From Candidatus Thorarchaeota archaeon (lineage in GTDB: Archaea; Asgardarchaeota; Thorarchaeia; Thorarchaeales; Thorarchaeaceae): 32,000 nt of DNA. The position numbers and the translations under genes were made by a program. The stretch covers positions 30,001 to 62,000 of the forward strand of contig SHMX01000007.1 of NCBI GenBank assembly GCA_008080745.1, in the 5' to 3' direction. Shown here one piece after another: positions 1 through 7,802 of this stretch (its first letter is position 1; each line of letters begins with the position of its first letter). The notes under the pieces are model-generated. The model saw only the letters and a program-made list of their open reading frames with translations, was not told the origin of the DNA and made no database searches.

Positions 1-2256
1 AACGATATCTGAACCCGTACCGTCAACCGTTGCAATCAGACTGACATCGCCACTGACTGTCGACTCATTTGTAATCGAGTTCAAGACTATTGTTGGCGCA
101 ACAGTATCTACTACGGTATATGTGTGATAATCTGTTCCGTCACTTGAGGAGGAAACCTTTTCAAAGGTATCATTGGCTACTACCCGATATTCTATCTCGG
201 AGTTCCAAGTCTGGAATGGAATAGTTGCTGTGTAATTTGAAGCGACTGTTTCAGTCATAACAACTCCAGACCATGTTCCACCATCAACTCTGTATTCTAG
301 CCAGACGGTGTCAAGAGCCGAATCCTCAACTAGAGCATAGACATCAACATTCTCATCCGGATTGGGCTCTAACGGTGTTTGTTTCACATCACTGATGATT
401 GGTGCAGAACCCTCATAGAGATAGAAGTCATCAAAGATAATCTCCAGTTTCCCACCAGCATCCGTATCTCCCTCTATTGCAACATAATCGATTGATATCG
501 GAGACTCTTCAAATGTGTCATAGAAATCCTGGTATAGATTAATCTGGGTGTTTATCCAAGTACCAGTCTGATTTGCTTCTGGTAACATGATATATGCATC
601 ACCCTCACCACCATATGTTGAACTTCGTCCTGTTGCAAGTACATAGTAGATATTGTAATCATAGAAGCTAACGTAGATTAGGATTTCATCATTCTCAAGT
701 GCTGAGAAGTCATCAAGGTACCAATTGAAATCTAGATAGAGTTCAGTTGTTGAGTTCAGAGCTCTCTCCTTGAGTTCTTGATCCATCCATATAGCGGTGT
801 TATCCGTTAGTGTGAGATTTGCAGCTTTGTTTCCAGAATAGGCAAAGTCTGTGACTAGCAGATTTGGATCCTCATCTATTCCGCTTGTTCCCCACGAACG
901 TATAGGTGTACCAACATCAAGCTGGTCTTCATAATCTCGGTCATTTAGAGCTGAAGCCATTAACCTCATGTCATCCATTAGGAATACTAATCTACTGCCG
1001 GGCTCTCTGCATTCCATATGGATTTCTATATGCTCAATTACTAACTCTGTAGTTGTATTCAGAGCTGTCACGTCCTCCCAGATACTTCTATTGAAATAGT
1101 TCCAAGTACCTGTAGAATTGAAATCGTCTACATGAATTGCATTATATCCCTCATATTGGATTGGCGCAGAAGTACCCACATAACAGAACCAGTAGAAGAG
1201 ATGGAATTCGTGGGTGTTATTTGCCATTTCTATCTGCATGTAAATATAACTATCCACATCTGGGACTTGCCAATCATCTATCTTCCACGGGAACTCGAGT
1301 CGATCTTGATTGTCGCTGGTTAATCGAATAGTAGGACCGAACGAGATTTCTGCATTACTCTCATTTCCTCGGGATAGAGTAGTCATGTTAATGGCCCAAT
1401 TCCCTTCCTGTTTCTCTGTCGTTTGAGAAATATCTCCAGGGTCTCTATCTGCTGTTGAATACCATGTACCAGATCCTTCGAAATTACCATTATTCACACT
1501 ACCACCAATTCTTACTGTGCCGTTTACCAAATAGAAGTCATCAACAAAGACTCGACTGTAAGCTGATTCTTCTGTCTGAAGATAGAAATACATAGTTGTG
1601 AACGCTGATGGATATGCTCCAAAGACTTCGAAGAAATCTTCTGTGATATTACGGTTGAAAGAGTTCCACTGGTCTAGTGGACTGTCTAAGTTGAAATATG
1701 CGTAGGAAGTACTATTCGAACTGATACTTGCTCCCTTCATGTAATAGTGCAAGTATTTTGAAGCAAAACCTTCTTTCATCCTTAGCTCAAGGTGGAAGAA
1801 ATTGACCTCTGAAGGATTCCAAATTGCATCCAAGAAGTAATCAAAACTAATCGTGAGATTTGTAGGATTATCCCATTGAGACTGTGGATTTGGATTTAAT
1901 TGTGCCTCTGAGTGATGGTATTCATCAACAGCCTTGACTTGCATACCAAAGGATTTGCTTCCCTCATTGACTGGCCACGGATTAGATGCATACCACGTGA
2001 AATGCTCAGTGGTTCGAAAGTCACCGAATGAATCAGGGTCATGTGGATTGTTCCAATTCTCAAATCTACCGTTTTCTACATGGCTCATTTTCCAGTCATC
2101 AGTTGCTGTATTGATAGTGGAGAGAGATGTATCACTCTTAGAACCAATTACTTTTCTTTCTGTTGTAGTGGTTTGGAAAAATTCACTACTCGCGATTGCT
2201 AATGGGCTTGCTAAAAGAAAAACCATCAACAAAGCTATTGGGACTATTCTTCTCAT
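1..2256 (-). CDS. Large secreted/cell-surface protein (partial, >752 aa, runs off left edge): signal peptide, three tandem ~180-aa jelly-roll/CBM-like domains, then Ig-like domains
   Basis: Checked by hand: no stop in frame from ATG 2256 to base 1; an in-frame TAG lies just upstream. N-terminus MRRIVPIALLMVFLLASPLAIA is a signal peptide. Repeats open with VENGRFE / VNNGNFE / LNDRDYE and close with FVDDFYL / LMDDMRL / IFDDFYL; C-terminal part (APIISDV..., VDTVAPTIVL...) is Ig-like. Many N-x-S/T sequons. Confidence 0.85.
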   Translation of the reverse strand, partial: MRRIVPIALLMVFLLASPLAIASSEFFQTTTTERKVIGSKSDTSLSTINTATDDWKMSHVENGRFENWNNPHDPDSFGDFRTTEHFTWYASNPWPVNEGSKSFGMQVKAVDEYHHSEAQLNPNPQSQWDNPTNLTISFDYFLDAIWNPSEVNFFHLELRMKEGFASKYLHYYMKGASISSNSTSYAYFNLDSPLDQWNSFNRNITEDFFEVFGAYPSAFTTMYFYLQTEESAYSRVFVDDFYLVNGTVRIGGSVNNGNFEGSGTWYSTADRDPGDISQTTEKQEGNWAINMTTLSRGNESNAEISFGPTIRLTSDNQDRLEFPWKIDDWQVPDVDSYIYMQIEMANNTHEFHLFYWFCYVGTSAPIQYEGYNAIHVDDFNSTGTWNYFNRSIWEDVTALNTTTELVIEHIEIHMECREPGSRLVFLMDDMRLMASALNDRDYEDQLDVGTPIRSWGTSGIDEDPNLLVTDFAYSGNKAANLTLTDNTAIWMDQELKERALNSTTELYLDFNWYLDDFSALENDEILIYVSFYDYNIYYVLATGRSSTYGGEGDAYIMLPEANQTGTWINTQINLYQDFYDTFEESPISIDYVAIEGDTDAGGKLEIIFDDFYLYEGSAPIISDVKQTPLEPNPDENVDVYALVEDSALDTVWLEYRVDGGTWSGVVMTETVASNYTATIPFQTWNSEIEYRVVANDTFEKVSSSSDGTDYHTYTVVDTVAPTIVLNSITNESTVSGDVSLIATVDGTGSDIV

Positions 2257-2356
2257 TATTATCGCCAATATGCAATTCTTCTAATGGGGATTCATAATCC
2301 TTTTCGTTCTATAAATCATTGGTTTGAATTTCAGATATTTCTATAACACAGCAATA

Positions 2357-2382
2357 TGTACACATATGTACATTGATGTACA
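2357..2382. promoter_or_regulatory. Three TGTACA palindromic boxes at 10-bp periodicity (TRP-box-like operator)
   Basis: TGTACA at 2357, 2367 and 2377 with 4-bp spacers (CATA, TTGA), ending 13 bp before a TATA box upstream of trpB2; TGTACA is the established TrpY TRP-box consensus in Methanothermobacter. Confidence 0.7.
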
Positions 2383-2395
2383 TTAATGCGTAACC

Positions 2396-2403
2396 TATAT
2401 ATA
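2396..2403 (+). promoter_or_regulatory. TATA box, putative trpB2 leader promoter (TSS expected ~2421-2428)
   Basis: TATATATA within palindromic CCTATATATAGG (2394-2405) in the divergent intergenic region. Confidence 0.55.
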
Positions 2404-2443
2404 GGGGTCTTGAAACGCACCAGACAGCCCTTTCGAGGTGTCT

Positions 2444-2500
2444 ATGGTGTCGAGAGTGTATCATTACCAATGGCATTGGGGTCCACGAGGACCCGTCTAG
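2444..2500 (+). CDS. Putative Trp/His-rich leader peptide 1 (MVSRVYHYQWHWGPRGPV, 18 aa)
   Basis: ATG 2444 (or in-frame GTG 2447) to TAG 2500; GAGGTG SD-like site at 2435-2440; 2 Trp, 2 His and 2 Tyr codons clustered in 7 codons; lies between TATA and trpB2. Confidence 0.6.
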   Translation: MVSRVYHYQWHWGPRGPV

Positions 2501-2553
2501 TTAGTTCGCCAGTTGTCCGATTGATACAGGCTCTTAATCACTGCTCTCAGAGT

Positions 2554-2563
2554 TGCTCTTTTT
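2554..2563 (+). terminator. TGCTCTTTTT motif/oligo(T), candidate attenuation terminator of trpB2 leader
   Basis: T5 tract preceded by weak AGAG-TTG-CTCT stem; identical 10-mer follows leader peptide 2. Confidence 0.3.
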
Positions 2564-2662
2564 ATCAACCAATCAGCGAGTTGCAGCTTTCATTTACTCT
2601 GATTGCAGACCCAGAAGATTCGTCGAGAGGGCGTATGTCACAAAATATTGGACGTAACATCC

Positions 2663-4021
2663 ATGAGTGTAAACAAGAATCGAATTACATTAGATATAGA
2701 AGATGTTCCAAAAAACTATGTCAACATAGTACCATATCTATCGGAGCCTTTAGCTCCTCCCATAGATCCTGGAACTGGTGAACCAGCTAGTCCTGATGTG
2801 CTTACTGCAATTTTTGCACAAGAGTGTGTTAGGCAGGAAGCAACTCAAGACAAGCTCGTAAAGATACCCACAGAGATTAGAGAAGCCCTGATGCGTTTTG
2901 GGCGACCAAGCCCTCTTCAGAGAGCAGTAAGACTTGAGGAACAGTTGAGGACCCCTGCGCGGATATATTTCAAGCGTGAGGATGTATCACCGACTGGAAG
3001 CCATAAGCTGAATACTGCATTAGCTCAAGCATATTATGCAGCAAAAGAAGGCACTGAACGTCTGGCCACCGAGACTGGAGCTGGACAATGGGGAAGTGCT
3101 GTAGCTTTAGCTTGCTCTGTCTTTGATATAGAAGCGATGGTGTATATGGTCAAAATCAGCTACGAGCAGAAGAGATATCGTGGAACCCTCATGCGCTCTT
3201 TTGGAGCTACTATCGTTCCAAGTCCATCGGATATCACTGAATTTGGTCGTAAGATTTTGAAAGCTAATCCGGATCACCCAGGAACACTTGGTATAGCGAT
3301 TAGTGAGGCCCTGGAGGACACTCTTAGTCGTGAAGATACCAAGTATACATTGGGTTCGGTGCTGAACCACGTCTTATTACATCAGACAGTAATTGGGCAA
3401 GAGGTTATAGCACAACTTGAGAGTGTTGATGAAAAAGTCGACACCTTAATCGGATGCGTGGGTGGCGGTAGCAATTTTGGCGGAATGGTGTTTCCCTTCC
3501 TAGCTGATTCAAGATTTGATGATGTGGATTATATTGCTGTTGAACCAACGGCATGTCCTACTTTGACAAAGGGCGAATACAAATATGATTTTGGAGATAC
3601 AGCAGGTCTTACTCCAAAGTTGAAAATGTATTCTCTTGGTCAAAACTTCACACCACCAAAAATTCATGCAGGAGGGCTGAGATACCATGGAATGGCTCCT
3701 ACTATCAGTGCTCTGGTGCATGAGGGTAGGATCAAACCTATTGCTTATGATCAGGTTGAGGTGCTACATGCCGGGGTCCTTTTTGCAAAGTGTGAAGGAA
3801 TTATTCCTGCACCCGAATCAGCACATGCAATCAAGGCAGCAATAGATCGTGCTCTCTATGCAAAGAGAAACAATAGAGAAGAAACAATCGTACTCAATCT
3901 CTCAGGTCATGGATATTTTGACATGGGTGCATATGACAGTCTATTATCGGGCAGTCTATCATCAGAAGAGGGTTCTTTACCGAAAGGAGAAATCAGTATT
4001 GCACGAGAACAGACTGCCTGA
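2663..4021 (+). CDS. trpB2: Tryptophan synthase beta chain, TrpB2 type (stand-alone, indole-salvage type)
   Basis: KRED...[12 protein letters not shown]-lysine motif, [44 protein letters not shown] 2663 preferred over the track's TTG 2603. Confidence 0.95.
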   Translation: MSVNKNRITLDIEDVPKNYVNIVPYLSEPLAPPIDPGTGEPASPDVLTAIFAQECVRQEATQDKLVKIPTEIREALMRFGRPSPLQRAVRLEEQLRTPARIYFKREDVSPTGSHKLNTALAQAYYAAKEGTERLATETGAGQWGSAVALACSVFDIEAMVYMVKISYEQKRYRGTLMRSFGATIVPSPSDITEFGRKILKANPDHPGTLGIAISEALEDTLSREDTKYTLGSVLNHVLLHQTVIGQEVIAQLESVDEKVDTLIGCVGGGSNFGGMVFPFLADSRFDDVDYIAVEPTACPTLTKGEYKYDFGDTAGLTPKLKMYSLGQNFTPPKIHAGGLRYHGMAPTISALVHEGRIKPIAYDQVEVLHAGVLFAKCEGIIPAPESAHAIKAAIDRALYAKRNNREETIVLNLSGHGYFDMGAYDSLLSGSLSSEEGSLPKGEISIAREQTA

Positions 4022-4070
4022 AAATGACCCGAATACAACTTTTCTACAAATAAGTAGAAGGTTTGAAGAT

Positions 4071-4130
4071 ATGGACACTCATCATTGGCGATGGCGACGT
4101 CATGCGACTTGGCGCAACCAAGTAGCTTAA
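4071..4130 (+). CDS. Putative His/Trp-rich leader peptide 2 (MDTHHWRWRRHATWRNQVA, 19 aa)
   Basis: ATG 4071 to TAA 4130; 3 His + 3 Trp codons; lies in the 400-nt gap between trpB2 and hisG; weak SD-like GAAGGT at 4057-4062. Confidence 0.65.
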   Translation: MDTHHWRWRRHATWRNQVA

Positions 4131-4159
4131 TGTGACAAAGGGAGGGGGACGAGGCTCAA

Positions 4160-4170
4160 TGCTCTTTTTT
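4160..4170 (+). terminator. TGCTCTTTTTT motif/oligo(T), candidate terminator between trpB2/leader 2 and his operon
   Basis: T6 tract (4165-4170) 30-40 nt after leader 2 stop; can pair with AAAGGGAG (4137-4144). Confidence 0.4.
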
Positions 4171-4423
4171 GGGTAACAATGTTTATATTGATACAATTTT
4201 GGCAATGACTTGGTGAATCACATAATGAGGTCTTGCGTTCACAGGCGATTGTGTTCATCTGTAACTACATCGCTCACATAAAAAACGAAATCGATTCTCT
4301 AGTGGTTTCTCCATTCTCGCTGTTTTTCAGTTCTCTGGTTTTGTATTCTAGTGGACTCTCTGTTCAGCGATTTCTTTCATTATATGAAACGAATTCAACT
4401 AAACTAATTCTAGGTGAAATGTT

Positions 4424-5410
4424 ATGGATCAAGTAAGACTTGCTATTCCAAATGGGCACTTGATGGATGAAACCCTCAGTGCCATGAGTCGTGCAGGATA
4501 TTCTATCTCTGGTAGCTCTCGTACCTACCAACCCTCCATAAACGATCACCATATCAAACTGAGAGTCCTGCGCCCACAGGAGATTCCAATCTACGTTGCA
4601 GAGGGAATCCAAGATGTGGGCATCACTGGTGCAGACTGGATTGCTGAAACTGGAGCGAATGTAGAAACCCTACTGGATCTTGACTACTCGAGAGTAAAAA
4701 TTGTCGTAGCAGTTCAAAATTGTATGTCTGAGATAACTTCTCTATCTGATCTTATCGAGGATTTCGCAAAAAATGGAAATATTCTACGCATATCTACTGA
4801 GTATCCAAATCTTGCATCCCGCGCAGTTGAGAAAAATCCAGTATATCAGGACTTGTTTGATACACAAAAACCTGTAATAATCACACCCTGGTGGCGAAAA
4901 GGGGATAATGAAAAAGTTGCAATCTATCTCTCTTTTGGGGCCACAGAGGCAAAGCCACCGATAGCAGCGGATGCCATCATTGAGGTGATGGACACTGGCA
5001 CATCGCTCAGACAGAATGGCCTGAAGGTCATAGATGTCCTGATGGAGTCCAGTGCTCTACTCGTATGCAATCCATTAGCTCTGTCCGATTTGAAAAAACG
5101 AGAGAAGATTCTGGATATCATGACATTATTAGGTGGTGTCATTGATGGGAGAAAACGTTTACACATCTTTGTGAATGTGGAGAAGAGAAATCTGGATACT
5201 CTACTTGAACTCCTTCCGGGCCTGAAACGGCCTACCATCTCTCCTCTAGCGGATGAAGATTGGGTGGCATTGAATACGGTTATTGACAGAGATGATTACC
5301 TTCGTTTTATTCCCGTGTTACGAAATCTGGCACAGGGTCTCGTAGTCTATGAGCCACGTCAGGTTCTATCATTAGAGGACATCTCGGTGCGTGGAGGTGC
5401 CACTCGATGA
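4424..5410 (+). CDS. hisG: ATP phosphoribosyltransferase, long form
   Basis: RLAIPNGHL, LRPQEIP..V..G..DVGITGADW, TEYPNL, SFGATEAKP, ADAI...TGTSLRQNGL, C-terminal regulatory domain; GGTGA SD upstream. Confidence 0.95.
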   Translation: MDQVRLAIPNGHLMDETLSAMSRAGYSISGSSRTYQPSINDHHIKLRVLRPQEIPIYVAEGIQDVGITGADWIAETGANVETLLDLDYSRVKIVVAVQNCMSEITSLSDLIEDFAKNGNILRISTEYPNLASRAVEKNPVYQDLFDTQKPVIITPWWRKGDNEKVAIYLSFGATEAKPPIAADAIIEVMDTGTSLRQNGLKVIDVLMESSALLVCNPLALSDLKKREKILDIMTLLGGVIDGRKRLHIFVNVEKRNLDTLLELLPGLKRPTISPLADEDWVALNTVIDRDDYLRFIPVLRNLAQGLVVYEPRQVLSLEDISVRGGATR

Positions 5411-6708
5411 ATATCGAACCCTTATCTATCAGACGAGTCACAACGGTACCCGAGTATATTCTACAGAGTAGATGGCCTTGTTCAGTTAGAGGGAACACTC
5501 TCGTTGATACTGATGTATCTGATATTGTAAGATCGGTACGTGAAATGGGAGATAAAGCAATCATCCAATATACCAAGAAATTTGATGGTCTGGATATCTC
5601 TGATAGAATTCGCGTTTCAGATGAAGAGATTGCAAATGCATATGCTTCAGTTGATCAAAACGCAATAGATGCGATTCGTGAGTCTAAGAAACGTCTTGCT
5701 AGACACTGTAGCGTTGGGCTTGAACGCCTCCAATATGGTGTTTCTATCGAGGGTGTCGGAATCAGAAATGCAATTGCCCCTCTTCGAAGTGTTGGATGCT
5801 ATATACCAGGTGGTTCTGCGTCCTATCCTAGTTCAGTTGTAATGGCAGTTGTTCCGGCAGTTGTAGCTGGTGTACAAAGAGTAGTAATCTGTACACCTCC
5901 TGGTCTTGGTGGAACAATTAACCCTCTGACTCTGGTCGCTTCTGATATCTGTGGAGCAACTGAGATATATCGTGTAGGTGGTGCACAAGCAATTTCAGCT
6001 TTAGCTTATGGTTCCCAGTCTATATCTCCAGTAGATAAGATAGTAGGACCAGGTAATCGTTATGTGACCGCTGCAAAGAGGTTGGTTTCAATCGATGTGC
6101 CAGTAGACATGCCTGCTGGCCCAAGTGAACTTCTGGTAATTGCAGACAAATCTGCAAATCCTCGACTAGTCGCTCTTGATCTGATATCGCAGGCTGAACA
6201 CGACCAAGATGCAAAGGCAATCCTTGTCACGGATTCAGCTAGTCTTGCTGATGGTGTTATCAGTTTCTTACAGGATATCATACCTAGCCTTCCTCGTTCG
6301 GAAACAATCCTTCAATCATTAAACGAAAATGGTCTGGTGTATGTATGTCCTTCTCTTATTGAGGGGTTTGAGTTTGTTAATCAATATGCTCCTGAACATG
6401 TTGAAATAATGACTGTAAATGCTCGTCTGGATGCGGACAAGATAACTACCGCGGGGCTGGTACTTGTTGGAGGATATTCTCCGGTAGCGGCAAGTGATTA
6501 TTGTCTTGGTGTCAATCACGTTCTCCCAACTGGAGGATATGGCAATGCCTATTCACAGCTCTCTATTTCAGATTTCATCAGGACTTATTCTGTGGTGGAA
6601 TGTAGCAAAGAGGGACTTCGTAAGGTTTCTGAACGGGTAAAGGTGTTATCAGAATGTGAAGGACTTCCGGGTCACGGTTCTGCCACCGATGGGAGGTTTA
6701 CCAAATGA
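5407..6708 (+). CDS. hisD: Histidinol dehydrogenase
   Basis: GCYIPGG..SYPSS, GGAQAISALAYG, KIVGPGNRYV, DMPAGPSE, SQAEHD, APEH, GVNHVLPT. Confidence 0.97.
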   Translation: MNIEPLSIRRVTTVPEYILQSRWPCSVRGNTLVDTDVSDIVRSVREMGDKAIIQYTKKFDGLDISDRIRVSDEEIANAYASVDQNAIDAIRESKKRLARHCSVGLERLQYGVSIEGVGIRNAIAPLRSVGCYIPGGSASYPSSVVMAVVPAVVAGVQRVVICTPPGLGGTINPLTLVASDICGATEIYRVGGAQAISALAYGSQSISPVDKIVGPGNRYVTAAKRLVSIDVPVDMPAGPSELLVIADKSANPRLVALDLISQAEHDQDAKAILVTDSASLADGVISFLQDIIPSLPRSETILQSLNENGLVYVCPSLIEGFEFVNQYAPEHVEIMTVNARLDADKITTAGLVLVGGYSPVAASDYCLGVNHVLPTGGYGNAYSQLSISDFIRTYSVVECSKEGLRKVSERVKVLSECEGLPGHGSATDGRFTK

Positions 6709-7802
6709 ACCCTCAGAGAATTCGATGGATGAAGAATCTCTGTGATATTGCAGATCGTGTGTCTATCTACTCAAGCTCTTCAGATATTCTATCTGATTCT
6801 AGTGAGCCAACCAAGATACTAAACTTGTCCGCTAATGAGAACTTGTTCCTTGAAGTTGCAACTCTGAAACGAATTATGTTTGAGGTTTTGGATGCATACG
6901 ATCCCCGTTTGTATCGTTCAAATTACGAGGAACTTAGAAAGGACTTGGGTGCATTGAATGCGGCAAATCCAGAACAGATTCTGTTAGGAAACGGGAGTGA
7001 TCAGATTCTGGACCTGCTTGTACGTTCCGTGTTAGCACCCAAAGATCACGCTATAGTGATATGTCCAACCTTCTCCATGTATGGTATACTTTTACAGTGC
7101 AATGGAACTCTCTATACAGAGGTACCACTACGGTCAGACTTCAGTATGGACGTAGATTCCATATTATCCTCAATTAAACCGAATACTCGTCTTATCTTCC
7201 TGTGCTCCCCTAACAATCCCACAGGAAATAAACAATCTCTTGAATCCATTGAGAGGCTTGTCAGAGAATCTGGTTGTCTGATTGTTCTTGATGAGGCATA
7301 TCTGACAATCAATACCTCATCAGTGAAACTTCTTGAAAAATACGATAATCTGGTTATATTGAGGACATTCTCAAAATCTTACGGCATTGCGGGACTTCGA
7401 ATTGGCTATGCTCTGAGTAATAACACTCTAATCTCCATACTGCAGAATAGAATCCAATATCCATTTCCTGTTTCGTCTTTTTCAATAGATGTTGCAGTAC
7501 GGCTCCTTGAGAATTATAGCTTGATTCAATCCGCAGATACTAGGATGAGAACACAACGTTCGAGAACCTTTGCAGATTTGAAATCGATTAGAGGAGTGAC
7601 TCCCTTCCCCTCAGAATGTAATTTCATTCTCTTTGATGTTGAAGCGGATTCTAGAGAAGTACAACGAGACCTGTTGAAGTATGGCATATTGGTTAGAAAC
7701 ATCGATAATGTCCTTGATTTCTCGAACTGTCTTCGGGTAACGATTGCTCCTGAGGACATGATGAAACAGTTCACAACTGCTTTGATGGAGGTCTTATCTT
7801 GA
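6705..7802 (+). CDS. hisC: Histidinol-phosphate aminotransferase
   Basis: LSANEN, GNGSDQI, CSPNNPTG, LDEAY, RTFSKSYGIAGLRIGY; operon position. Confidence 0.93.
   Translation: MNPQRIRWMKNLCDIADRVSIYSSSSDILSDSSEPTKILNLSANENLFLEVATLKRIMFEVLDAYDPRLYRSNYEELRKDLGALNAANPEQILLGNGSDQILDLLVRSVLAPKDHAIVICPTFSMYGILLQCNGTLYTEVPLRSDFSMDVDSILSSIKPNTRLIFLCSPNNPTGNKQSLESIERLVRESGCLIVLDEAYLTINTSSVKLLEKYDNLVILRTFSKSYGIAGLRIGYALSNNTLISILQNRIQYPFPVSSFSIDVAVRLLENYSLIQSADTRMRTQRSRTFADLKSIRGVTPFPSECNFILFDVEADSREVQRDLLKYGILVRNIDNVLDFSNCLRVTIAPEDMMKQFTTALMEVLS

Noticed and set aside
1132-2284. Short plus-strand ORFs at 1132, 1137 and 1934
   Set aside because: Shadow ORFs antisense to the long minus-strand surface-protein gene.
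2386-2781. 131-aa plus-strand ORF spanning the trpB2 leader
   Set aside because: Starts upstream of the TATA box, overlaps trpB2 out of frame, and has no protein-like composition.
3849-4070. N-terminal part of the 93-aa track ORF
   Set aside because: Alternate frame inside trpB2; only the last 19 codons from ATG 4071 are considered real.
2521-4195. TTGATACA shared by both leaders (2521, 4188)
   Set aside because: An 8-mer match between two ~200-nt regions is expected by chance, and its position relative to the T tract differs.
4233-4436. 67-aa ORF and its terminal MLWIK* overlapping the hisG start
   Set aside because: TTG start, low complexity; SD spacing (GGTGA 4413-4417) favours hisG ATG 4424 over ATG 4419.
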